The translations under genes and the position numbers were made by a program. From the NCBI GenBank assembly GCA_049999805.1, contig JBNGIO010006283.1, positions 1 to 64,000 of the forward strand: a stretch of 64,000 nucleotides of DNA. The letters are read 5' to 3'. The notes beneath the pieces were generated by a model. The model had not been told where the DNA came from, ran no database searches, and worked only from the letters and a program-made list of their open reading frames with translations. This DNA comes from Folioceros fuciformis. Taxonomy: Eukaryota. Positions 12,169 through 25,692 of this stretch are shown here, one piece after another; the stretch's first letter is position 1, and the number at the start of each line of letters is the position of its first letter.

Positions 12169-14513
12169 TCAACAGACCTGCTCAGATGGAGGAGGTGAGA
12201 TTGTGGAAGGCTTGAAATCTAACGGCTTCTCTGCTCCACAGTTTCTCCGGTTGCACTTTGTACGAAAGGGATAGTTCACATTTCCGCAGGCATCACAAGT
12301 CCAGCTTCCATCAGGTGGAGGCCCTTCTGCAAACAGACGAGAATCTTCATCAGCTTCAATGCAGGAAGTTGAGGCATGCAATGACCGCAAGTCGCACAAG
12401 ATAACTGCAACACTGCCACATTATAGCAAACGTGAACCACTCACGAGAAGTAGGAGGTCTTGTCGCTGGACCATTACCATAGCGCGAAGACTGCACATCA
12501 AAACTCTCACTCACTTAGCATCAATGTGGATGGCCTATGTCAGACTTTACTCAGGTCAAAAAAAAACAAAAATCGAAGTTAAAGGCAAAAAACTTACCGA
12601 CTCTGTAGGCTTTGGAGCCCCACATTTCCGCATATTGCAGGTTGTTCTGAAAGCAAAATTTGTGTTCCCACATTTCGGACAGACCCAATCTCCTTCTGAA
12701 TACCCATCCGGGGTAGAATGGTCTGGAGCGTGAGAGGTGCTCATTCAGGTCAGTAATCACAAACAGGTAGCTGGAAAAACTGAAAACTGGCAGAACCAGA
12801 GTGATGCATGAGCGCGTATTGGTACCTCCTCTCCGCTTTCGGTTACCATTTTCCTCCGGATACATGCTAGGACCTCTTGGGCCTGGCATCTGTGAAACGA
12901 CGCTTCTATGGATTAGGGTGCACATCAGTCCACTAAAAGAGAACTTAAAAAGCCCAGGTGACAAAAACATACTGGTGGACCACGCCCCATGCCTATGCCC
13001 ATAGCATATCCATCCATCATTGGGCCACCACCATAACCAGGACCTGCAGCACAATCCAAGTAACTCAGAGACGCAGTTCAACACAACCACGTGCCTAAGG
13101 AAGGAGCAAACAACACCACGCATCAAAGGAAGAAGGAAGTACCTCCACCCATGACAGACCCAGGAGGAGGATATGTTGATGCCATGGGCATAGGATTGTA
13201 AGAGGCAGCATTGTTGACACCTCCACCGTAGTCATAGGGCACCGCTGATGCTGGAGGGGGAATCGGCATAGGTGCGCCATAGTTTGAAGGCAATTGCAAA
13301 GGAAGTGGGGGAGGTGCTCCAGGTCCCCCCATGTACATAGGTGCAGGTGCCTGTTCGTAGACAGGTCCCAAGGGAACGAGACCCCTCTGTACACCAACAC
13401 GTCAGCTATGGACTCGGGCAGAAAAGAGCAGATAAGGGAAGCAGAAAAGAGCAGATAAGGGAAAGAGTGCCTTGAAGTAAGGCAGCGCTGCGTAGGGTTA
13501 TCATGTGTGCATATACCGGGGTAGCCTCGGTAGGCTTGGTTGCTCCGCACTTCCTCATATTGCATGTCGTGCGGAAAGCAAAATTAACATTGCCACACTG
13601 AGGGCAAGTCCAATCACCTTCCCCTCTTGCAGCTGGGCACCACAAAAGAGGATGTAAGTTGAAAGAAACATATATATCCCGTAACCGCATTGGTGAAATT
13701 CCAACCAGCAAAACCCATCCTTACCGCCATCTGTCCGAGCCCTCTTTGGTCCAGCAGGGCCCCGAAAATCCGTCTGCAAATGACCCGACAGTATGGTCAG
13801 ACACTTTATAACGATAACTTCCAAGCTCCAGATTCCAGCGGTTGGGCTCAACGATGCGGGTACACCACAAACATGGGCGCTGAAACAGCAAGCTAAAGAT
13901 TGGCAAGAACACTGTCGGATCATACGAAGAACATTTCCGCAATGAAAAGGAAAGGAGAAGACGGTCAGACAATGCTACCAAACCGCAGCACACAACTGAA
14001 CATCTCCACTGCAAGCCAGCAGACACCAGAACACGTCCCACAGCTTATTCAACCAACCTATCCTGAGAACCCTTATTCTGCGCTGATTTCCCCCCCATAG
14101 CCGAGATTGTGCAGGAAAGACATACAAGATGATAAGAACAAACATGATCTCAACCAAAGAAACCAGAAACAGCAGGCAAATGCAAGAAGTTGGTGACAAC
14201 CTGCAACATGTCCACTGAGTGCCAACTCGATTGAAAATTTCAAAAAAGTGATTGCAGTTCCGACACAAGATTCACTGGACAAGTTGCACCAGGAACCCTT
14301 CTTTGTCAGAGGACCCTGGACATGCAAGTTGCTAAACCAGTAAGCAGGCAAGGCGATAAAGACAAGAGGCAATTGGAGGTTGACGTCTGCTAATCCCAGC
14401 GGCCTCAGAACTAACTGCTCGCAAAACCGTGTCACTAGCTACTAACCATGATTACTTACACGTGCCAAAGTACCCTTCAGATACGAACCTGTTAGCACAG
14501 CGCTTGTTACCAT
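12169..14513 (-). CDS. RanBP2-type zinc-finger protein (three fingers)
   Basis: Spliced fingers GDWTCPQCGNVNFAFRTTCNMRKC, GDWVCPKCGNTNFAFRTTCNMRKC and GSWTCDACGNVNYPFRTKCNRRNC, with a Pro/Gly/Tyr-rich linker and N-terminal KRARTDG. The start (ATG|GT at 14513 spliced to 13773) and the last codons are tentative. Confidence 0.88.
13418..13463. repeat. Intronic perfect tandem duplication (23 bp x2)
   Basis: GCAGAAAAGAGCAGATAAGGGAA occurs twice back to back. Confidence 0.85.
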
Positions 14514-15170
14514 GTCTTTCAGACAAACGATGAGATAGACCTTGAAACTGTATTCATGAAACTGTATTTAATATATATTTTATAATTGTTTTATTTTTAT
14601 GATATAGAATATTTTAGGGTATTTTAGATGTAGCTTTATTACATGTAATATTAGTATTAAAATATTATTATTTTTGCTACTTAATATTTTGATCCAAACG
14701 ATCATAAAAAAGCTTTTTTTATTAGGATTATTACATCATTATGGTTATAAGCTTTTTTATTATATTGTATTATATTTTTATATTATCATTGTTATTATTA
14801 TTATAAATCCCGAAAAAGGATATTATGCCATATTGTAAGATGAATTCATGTAGAATTATTTCAATTACTAAGGCCTTCAAGGTTACAAGAGCAGTGTGCA
14901 GCTGGTGTTACTGACCTAGTTGTAGATTTCCTTGAGATGGCAAGTCCATATTGTCTAGTAGATAGCCTTGCACTGTGCCATGCAATAGTCAAAAACAAGT
15001 GCAACTCTATACCTCAGCATTGCAGATGCAAGTTGTTTTGAAGGTTTGCCTTGCTATTTCCATTGTAGATTTCACAATGCGCATAGCCCTACAAAGTTTA
15101 GGGTGTGGATTCCCTTGATACATGCTTTTGTGGACCCCTTGAACATTGTGTAGCATATGACTAGATCCAA

Positions 15171-15720
15171 TGTAGTGTAAGAGCAGGATGGAGCTATTGG
15201 AAGTGTACCTGCAACCATGGATAGTGTAGTGTAGGAGTAGGATGGAGCCATTGCAGGTGTATCTGCAACCATGGAAAGCGTAGTGTAGGATGGAGCCATT
15301 GGAGGTGTGCCTTTGCAACCATGGATACTGTAGTGCAGGTGCGAAGCAAGATGGAGCCATTGGAGGTGTNNNNNNNNNNGGATACTGTAGTGCAGGTGCG
15401 AAGCAAGATGGAGCCATTGGAGGTGTACTTGCAACCATGGATAGTGTAGTGCATGTGCAGAATAGGATGGAGCCATCAGAGGTGTACTTGCAACCATGGA
15501 TAGTGTAGTGCAGGAGTAGAGGAGGATGGAGGCATTGGAGATGTACCTCTGCAACCATGGATACTATAGTATAGGTGTGGAGCAAGACTGTAATGTGGGT
15601 GTGCAGCAAGATGGAGCCATTGGAGGTGTACCTTTGCAACCATGGATAGTGTAGTGGAGGAGGAGCAGAGCAGGATGGAGCCATTGGAGATGTACCTCCA
15701 ACCATGGATGGAGGAAGAGG
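15171..15720. repeat. Degenerate minisatellite, about 9 units of about 47-85 bp, containing a 10-N gap (15370-15379)
   Basis: Recurring core GATGGAGCCATTGGAGGTGTACYTGCAACCATGGATAGTGTAGT with linkers of variable length. Confidence 0.9.
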
Positions 15721-16384
15721 CCACTCCATGAGCATGAAGCAATATTTGCTTTCTTCAGTCTTTTTAGTAGTGTCCGTATTTTTTTTTGGGTGATGTTGCT
15801 CTCATATCCTTGCAATAAGGACCGTATGGTTCCATTCCCCTTCCTTTTTATAGTCTACGATGTTGCAACACAATCTTGCCTCGAGGAAGATGAATTTGGC
15901 TAGCCAAGAATCTTGCTTTGAGGGGGAGCGGACTTGATTTGCCTAAAGTTGAAGGAGGTAACGGCTAGCATGATGACTTAGAGGTGATAGCAAGGGTGTG
16001 CGGAAAAAATGGTTGTGAAATTTTGGGATACTTAGTTTGGTAATGCACTTTTGCTAAGAGGGTGTTCCACTCACAAAGCTCATAATGTTCATGTCCACTT
16101 TAACAGATGATTGAAAATTAACACGATCTCCCATGAGTTTAGGGTTGAGGTCCCAAAGTTCTGGACTGCACGGTCTCGGACGACAGTACAATTCGGCGAA
16201 CGGGATGACGAATTACCGTGGTAGAACTAAACTAAAACCAGGACACACGACGTATGGATAAACCAGTCAGCCAATGCAAGATAAATGGAAGCACTTGACA
16301 CGATTTTGTTTCCTCTCACAGGCAGCTGCAGCTGCGTCTGCTTCTGCCCATGCTGACAGTGAGGTGAGCAGGCAGGAGCAAGGA

Positions 16385-18557
<2,173 letters not shown>

Positions 18558-18747
18558 ATTTGATAGAGATGATACATGTACATGTAACACATGTCCTTGC
18601 AATACATCCTAAAGTTTTGTAAACGACAGTTATGTACATCGTGACAGAAGATAAGCAAAGCTGCCGCCTGTATCTTACTGATCACCTGCGCTTGCAATAA
18701 ACGTAAAATGGTTGCCACTTAACACTACCGTCCTCCCATGTATCCTC

Positions 18748-19903
18748 TTAAAGTGGTCTGATATGGCACCTGCATCGAAAATTACGAACCACTATGAGGA
18801 CCAGAAAATGCACCACAATTCCGGTACGTTTAGTGAAGAGAAAGGATGGCTATGTGCGCTGGAACGCACCCAAGTAAGCCATGGCCTAACCATCTTCTCG
18901 GGGTTACGGAAAGATGGACCAGATTCCCACGCCTCAACACCACCACCGCTACTGCTCGGCCTTCGTTGATTTGACCTTCTCGCCCGAGTCTCGGCAAGAG
19001 GTTGTCACCTCCCTGCACGCTCCCGAAGCGAACAAGCTGGTCTCCCACCACCAGGCCGTCTACCGCTGCAGGTGAACCGTCGGTTACCTCATCAAAGAAC
19101 GCAAACGGTTGTCTGTTGCTACTATCCTCATCCATGGGAGCTGGGCCTGCATTCTGAAGCCCGGCTGATAGCTGTAGCGGTTGGGCAGGTCGAGCGGCTG
19201 TAGACCTGTGTGGTGCTGCGTCTGCCCCCTCAGCTGAAAACCCAAACAATGAGCAAAGAGTCCAGGTGAATGGACAATTTTCGGTAACCCCATTCCCAAA
19301 CACTAAGTTTGCTGAGCGTCCCGAACATTTCACCTGATCGCTTCGGAGGCGTCGTCGACTTGTCATTGCTGACGCCAGCTGAATGCAGCTCCTGCAGCTT
19401 TTCCTCGATCTTTGCTGTGAGCCCTTGGTGATCAGTCCGCAACACTACACCATCGGGCACTAAGTCAAGAGTGGAGAGCGTCGCCCATCTTCCCAACCCT
19501 ACTAGCCTGCAGCAAACCCCCCTCCCCCCCGCGCACCCTAAAAAGAACCAGCCAATATTGCACCCTCCCGCCCCTGCAGGAAGCGGGGAGACAGGCATCA
19601 ACAACCTGCTAGACGATGCCGCTCTGCCCTAACTTTGGGAATGTCGATGTCAGCTCTCGGAAAGCCCTAGCAAGCATTGCAATCCAGGCATCGTCAGGAC
19701 TACGCTAGTTCCCAAAATGAAGTCCACGAAAGGCACGGGCTGGTAAGCAAAATCATCACCTCGCTATCGACAAGGTTGCCAGAAAGGCCAGCGCCGTTAG
19801 GGCCAGTCAGGCGGTCTATGATGCCCTGCATCTCGGCTTCCACAGCAGCGCGCTTGTCCATGAGCGCCAGAGTCTCCATCTTGGAAGTAGTAGTGAGCAC
19901 CAT
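18748..19903 (-). CDS. PSMD9: 26S proteasome assembly chaperone p27/Nas2 (PDZ domain)
   Basis: Five exons encoding GLSGNLVDSEGFPRADIDIPKVR, FDEVTDGSPAAVDGLVVGDQLVRFG and VTPRRWLGHGLLGCHIRPL*. Confidence 0.93.
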
Positions 19904-20185
19904 GCTCGTCCGATCAGGCACGAGACAGGCCCTTCACGTTCGATCAATTCCTTATGCCGACGTCGTCGGTCAGGAGGTTGGAGGAGGAAAGCGTGGTGGT
20001 GGCGAGATGGGACCTACTATGAAAATCCAATTACCCCCAAAACCGAAGCTGTATGACATGCCATCACAGCACACTACGTCAAGGACGTACTGTGCTCCAA
20101 TCCAAGTCGAAGGCTCTAGAAAACGCCCCGTCACGTGTGGTGGAACCCTAAGGAATACGAGAGGGAAGGCAAGGCAAGGCTGCCA

Positions 20186-21322
20186 TCATCCCATCGCCGC
20201 TTTCAAGGCATCTCCTGCCCCTTGGAAGAAGAGCCAGGAGAAGACGAAATCGGCGATGAAGATGCAGACCAAGGAGATGACAACGGCCGAGGTGGTGGAC
20301 TCTCCCACGCCCTTGGCGCCCCCGGACGTAGTGACCCCCCAGGCACAGCTGATGACGGAGATGATGGCACCGAAGGCAGAGGACTTGATCATGGTGCTGA
20401 TGAGGTCCCAGGGCTGCAGAGCCCGGGCGGCGGAGTCGAGGATGATGTTGGAGCTGACGTGGTAGACGCCGTCGGCGAGCAGGACGCTGGCCGCCATGGC
20501 GACAGTGAAGCAGATGATGGTGAGGATGGGCAGGGCGATGCTGCAGGCGATGACGCGGGGCGTGATGAGGTAGTCGACGGGGTCCGTTCTAAGCACCCGC
20601 AGCGTGTCCGTCTGCTCCGAGACCTGCATGGTGCCCAGCTCGGCTGCGAACGCGCTCCCGACCCTGCCGCACAGGATGATGGCCGTCACCACGGGGGAGA
20701 GCTCCCGGCCGAGGGCCAAGGCCAGGACCCCGCCCACAGATCTGGTGAGCCCCAGGCGGGCGAATTCGCGCACAAACTGGATGGTGAAAACCATGCCCAC
20801 GAAGGAGGCGGTGAGCAGGCTCACGCCCAGGGATCCCGGGCCGACCAGGGCCAACTGCTGGAGCGTGTTGCGCGCGTGCACTCGGCCTCGCAGGATCCGG
20901 AGCAGCACCTGGCCGGCGATGACGAAGGCCGCCATGGAGCGCCACAGGTAGCGGGGGAGCTGCCACACTCTTGCCGCGCCTCCTCCTTGGGGCTCTGGGT
21001 CCTCCTCCTGGGCCGGAGCTGATGCCAAGCCGGGCGTGGGAGCTCCATCGTCGCTCGCATTCACTGCAACTGTGCTGGCCAAGGCGAGGCAGGGCCACCT
21101 GCTGCCGCTTCTCCGCTGCTTGCCCTTGCCGTAGCGGCTGCCCTCATCTCCGATGCTCAAATTGCTAAAGCTCACGTTGGGACAGGGAAGGAGAAGATGG
21201 CGCCTGCTACGCCTCGGACTAAACTGGTAAAGCGCAATTCGAGCGCCGCCGCAGCCGCCGCCTACACGCAGCTCGCCTGCAGATTGCCTGCCAAGCGCTC
21301 GGAAGGAGGACACAGCAGCCAT
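20186..21322 (-). CDS. TGD1: Trigalactosyldiacylglycerol 1 (MlaE-family lipid ABC permease), plastid
   Basis: Intronless GC-rich ORF with its first ATG at 21322. A transit peptide precedes VGMVFTIQFVREF, RELSPVVTAII, GSAFAAELGTMQVSEQTDTLRVL and GGAKGVGESTTSAVV. Confidence 0.96.
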   Translation of the reverse strand: MAAVSSFRALGRQSAGELRVGGGCGGARIALYQFSPRRSRRHLLLPCPNVSFSNLSIGDEGSRYGKGKQRRSGSRWPCLALASTVAVNASDDGAPTPGLASAPAQEEDPEPQGGGAARVWQLPRYLWRSMAAFVIAGQVLLRILRGRVHARNTLQQLALVGPGSLGVSLLTASFVGMVFTIQFVREFARLGLTRSVGGVLALALGRELSPVVTAIILCGRVGSAFAAELGTMQVSEQTDTLRVLRTDPVDYLITPRVIACSIALPILTIICFTVAMAASVLLADGVYHVSSNIILDSAARALQPWDLISTMIKSSAFGAIISVISCAWGVTTSGGAKGVGESTTSAVVISLVCIFIADFVFSWLFFQGAGDALKAAMG

Positions 21323-21849
21323 GCCCGCCAACCTTGATCGCTTTCATTTGTTGCGATTCTCATTTCGCTTCTCAGTCCGTGGTATAGTTTCAGACCCGTT
21401 AAAACGGCCAGCATTTGGTGCTTGGTACGCCACAATGGAGCACAAATTTACAGATTTCAGCCGTCAGTCCTTTTCATTTCACCATCTCAACTCAAGTTGT
21501 CAGGGTTGCATTTCATGTCCGCAATTTTTGTGCACATTGTCCCAATTGGAGTCTCAGGAGATTAACGCCAGTTTCCACTTGACAGACGGTGGATAGCCAT
21601 TTTCCAACATACTCACGATGAAACGTGGTCCATTTTCAGAGTGAAGGGAGAAATGGAATATCTTGGTGCATATGGAACGTTCCATTTCCAAATCAGCAGG
21701 AGTTGAACCTGCCACAATTTGTGTGATCCCGGATTGATTTGCTCAACGATAACAGTTATATTTCAAACACCCTCGTCGCGCGTACAATCTGGGTGACAGA
21801 TTGCGATGAAGCGCATACGTAGCACAACTCTCTTGTGATGCACCATTTC

Positions 21850-22690
21850 TCATGTTCTACAATCGTCCGCAGATTCAGGCATTTCATTTTCTACGAGTAC
21901 TTCTATATTTCTCCAACCATCTCTTTCACCCGTGAGCAGAGCAAGCAGAACACAGTTTCCATCCTCCGCACGCAAACCCCGCAGATACAGGTTTAGAAAA
22001 TTACCTCTTCACAGGCGAATTCCCGATGGAACAACCAAATTGCCATCAATCTCCCCTTCCACACAGCTGAGGGAATCCAGCTAAGTAATCCATGCAGTAG
22101 CATGGCCGAGGCAGCCACAACTGACTCAGTTTGAGTCTCAGCGAACAAATCCATGTCAATGATGCATCCAGTAGCATAGGAAGGACAGTAATGAACCACC
22201 TTCCCTCAGAGCCAAATCTTCTCAAGAGGGAATTGTCCAATAATAACCGCAAACGCTTCCACGGCACCATACTCCACTAAGCACCAGACCGATCTTGTCA
22301 TGTATCTCAATAACCATCCGCAACAGCATTCTTCCTCTTTCAAAACCGAGGCATTCAGCAGCACTACTTTTCGCAACAATCTGGACGCGCAAAAGTATGC
22401 TACGGTAAACCCCAACTCCGATCTGCGAAAACACGCAAAAGACCTTTTGACTTGAAAGTCCCATAATCCGGCAGGTTGAGCCATACAGTATTGTAAACAC
22501 TGATCCATAACCTGTAAAAATATTGCGATGGGAGGTAAAGAACTCCCATGAGGAGTCACAGCATGAATGAACACTGTCGCCAAGTGGCCAACCCGCATAC
22601 CATATCACAACTCTTGCATCTGCTGCAACTATGCCTCGTCCAAGCCGACGATATGTCGCCACACTGTTAGGCAAATTCCGATACCCCTGC
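21850..22690 (-). pseudogene. Possible heavily decayed PPR remnant
   Basis: Scattered PPR-like fragments in shifting frames (CLVEYGAVEAF, CIIDMDLFAETQTESVVAASAMLLHG, FERGRML). The similarity is weak. Confidence 0.3.
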
Positions 22691-24978
22691 CCTACACTGC
22701 ATCGATTCGATACGCTCGGAGGGGTTAGTGAAATTCAAACAACACCTGCGAAGAGAGGCGCACACAAATTATCAGACGAAGGAAACGCACACTCAAGCGG
22801 CGACAGCACTGAAAGCGTGAACTAGTCTCACCTTCGTATCTTCACTCCAGTCGCCATCTCCACCCGGCAGGTCTAATACCTTCAGTCGATCTACAACTAG
22901 ACCACTACTATGCAGCCTCTACGGAGAATGGCTAGAGTTCAGTCTAACTACACTCGGACCACTAGTATGCATCTTTACAAGAACTAAAGTTATTACCACT
23001 TCGAGGGTGGCATATAGATGAAATAAATAAAAAATAAAATAAATATAGAGACAGGTAGACGGGAATGCAAAGGGCGTTATATGAATGACGAGTCCAGAAG
23101 CGAGACAGGAGGCAAGATCTGCATGCGACGAATCACTCCACAGTCCTGGGGGTGGGGTGGGGAGGCGTAGAATGAGAAATGACCTTTCCGAAACATCTGA
23201 ACCTAGGACGACTGGAGAATATCACGAGATCAGCTTTGCAGTCGATTTGCCCTGGCCTTTGTGTCGCAAGCCAATACCAAGCTTCGGTTAGGGCATGGAA
23301 CGTTCCAGCAGCTCTGTATGCAACGACAACTGCGCCATCCACTCCACTCCGAAAAATGGCACCACCTGACACAGACGACACCCAGACACCCGCACCAAGG
23401 AGGGGGAAATTACCCCTCCACACACACAAACCCCTTTCTTTTATTCACGATAGGATCCGCCCCGTAAGCGCACCCATAAGGGCAGGATCCACAACAATCA
23501 ACAAGCCAGGCACTATTCCCTTTCACCATGGCTTGCTGATTTGAACATGAAAACAGGTTACATCTACACAACAAATAAACAAAGGAACCTGATCTACCAA
23601 ACAATCATGCACAGGGTTAAGAAAAAAAGTAAAAAAACCTGACGCTCCTAGAATCTAAAGGCTACTGCAACTTGAAAATTGATGAAAACTCACAGCGATC
23701 CTAGACATGCAGTAGGCACATAAATACTCTTCTGGGAAAGAACCAGGGGGCCGGATCTGAAGACCGTCGCGCCATTCTCGCCGCCGAAACACCACGAAAG
23801 CTTGTTCACACAGCTTCACAAAAGGCCCGAAGCCGGAGATTTCATCTTCTGCAGCGGCCACCGCAAGCATGTCACCCTTGACGCCACCATAGGGCCGGAT
23901 GGATCAGATCTGCCTCCGTAGTAGCCGCAGCACAGGCCGCATGCATCCACACGCAGTTCTCAGAAGCCCGATCTCTCCAACTCCAAGAACGCCTGGAAAA
24001 TAACTGCCGCTCCCGCATGCAGACAAGAAGGCGGCAGCCGCCCTTGCCGTGAGACGCAAGGAGCGGCCGCCCGGCATGGCTCCGCCCCGGCTCTCAACCG
24101 GGAACCTCGTCGGAAGAGAACCCTCGGCGCTGAAACCCTGGCCGCCACCGCCATAGCTCCCGCTCCCACCTACCTTGTCCATCTACCCTCACGGCACCTT
24201 AAAAAGACCGCGTGAGCGGGTTCCAGGTGGGAGACGCGTGTAAGTGCCGAAGAAGCATCTGGACGAGGACGTCACGCCACCGACAGCTAGCGTACCCTAG
24301 CCCACCACGCGTCCCCAGCTGTACTACTCGCAAATGGTTTTGAACCACTCCGGGTGGCAGGCCCCACATATATACACACCTATTGCCCGCGTACCGTGGC
24401 GCACTGGGTTTCCGACGTAAGTAAGTAACTAAGTAAGAATAAAGTCCTACAACTGCCCAGATATTAACTGCCACATAACAAATTGAGATAAGTACTTTCC
24501 TAAACAGACAGACAATGAGATCCGTGAATTACTACTTTAAACTCCGTTTGGGAAACTTTGTTATACGGAATATTCTTTTATACCATATAGATCAGACCAT
24601 GGTTTGTCTGGAACTCCTCGTTTCACATTTCAAATTGCTTACGTTTCCTATTCTATTTAATTTTTTTTAGGTCATATATAATATTAATCAAAATAAAATG
24701 GTGTAAGCTTTCCAGTAATCTGTAGTGTGATCTTGTGATGGAAGTGCATGTTGATTCTTGGAGAAGTCTTTGATGTGTTTTGCAAAGTGATTGCTTGTGT
24801 GGTGTAATAAACACTTCTTCTTGCTTGCGACATCACTTATGAAGGCGATTCAGACATTATGACTCCACTCACTTATTTGAGCTTGCCATGGAAGTGCAGA
24901 AGGATTCTTGTAGAAGTCTTTGTTGTGTTTTGTCAAGTAGTTGCTTGTGTAGTGGAATGAATTTCTCTTCTTCTTGCA

Positions 24979-25108
24979 GCATCTCCTTTGCAAGATCTCT
25001 ACATGCTCCACACCTCTTCTTACAGCATCTCTTCTCCTCTGCAAGATCTCAACATGCTCCACAACTCGTCTTACAACAAGCATCTTTTCTGTAGAATCTC
25101 ATGCTCCA
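24979..25108. repeat. Short tandem repeat, about 2.5 units of about 46-55 bp
   Basis: GCATCT..TGCAAGATCTCWACATGCTCCACAMCTCKTCTTACA recurs. Confidence 0.75.
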
Positions 25109-25692
25109 TTGTACTATAAGATACCTTGGTTGGTCTCTCTATTCTCAAAGGATAATGTCTTCATCTTGAAGGATTCACCAGCTATCTTCAGCACTTGGTA
25201 GCACTCCCAACAACGAAACGGGAGGAGAAGAGAGACACAGCCTCAGTGTGGACCCACTTGCCTTTGCGCGATCTTGTTCTTCATTCGGAGCTTGCTTGCT
25301 TCCAGTTGAGAGGCGAGTGCTGCCAATCGGCGTGGGCACATGCAAGCTCACGGAACAAACTCCAGAGCTATGTGACGGGCCAAGGTTCACTGCTTGAGGG
25401 GACTACCACGGGATCAAGCTCGTCACCATAATGGAACTACAGAATCTCGCTACAAGGGCACACAAGAGCCTGCCTACGCATGGTGCTATCGTTTGGGCCG
25501 CACACAGGCAGAAAATTAAAGTTGGTGTTCTTCGATATACCTCAACGTAAACAGGACGGAGACAGGCAGGATCAGGAATCAGGCACTCGTCGTCGTATCT
25601 ACAGCTCTCAGACCTCCCTCGTTCTTCAAAGGGACCTCTGTTACAAATTAAACTAACAAAACCAAGCATCACAAATGGGAAGCTTCCTTCCT

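Noticed and set aside
15171..15720. CRISPR-like repeat-spacer appearance
   Set aside because: The linkers are related to each other and irregular in length, the repeats are degenerate, there are no cas genes, and the context is eukaryotic and intron-containing.
15007..15742. Long ORFs (242 and 160 aa) over the minisatellite
   Set aside because: They are by-products of repeat periodicity in several frames and span an N gap.
19677..21022. Long + strand ORFs (262 and 295 aa) opposite TGD1/PSMD9
   Set aside because: They are antisense shadows of a GC-rich coding sequence; the same applies to ORFs opposite the PPR, Rho_N and ALS genes.
21540..22870. Possible organellar insertion (ccmF- or maturase-like) or LINE RT fragment
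   Set aside because: Manual translation showed no diagnostic motif; weak PPR-like fragments fit slightly better.
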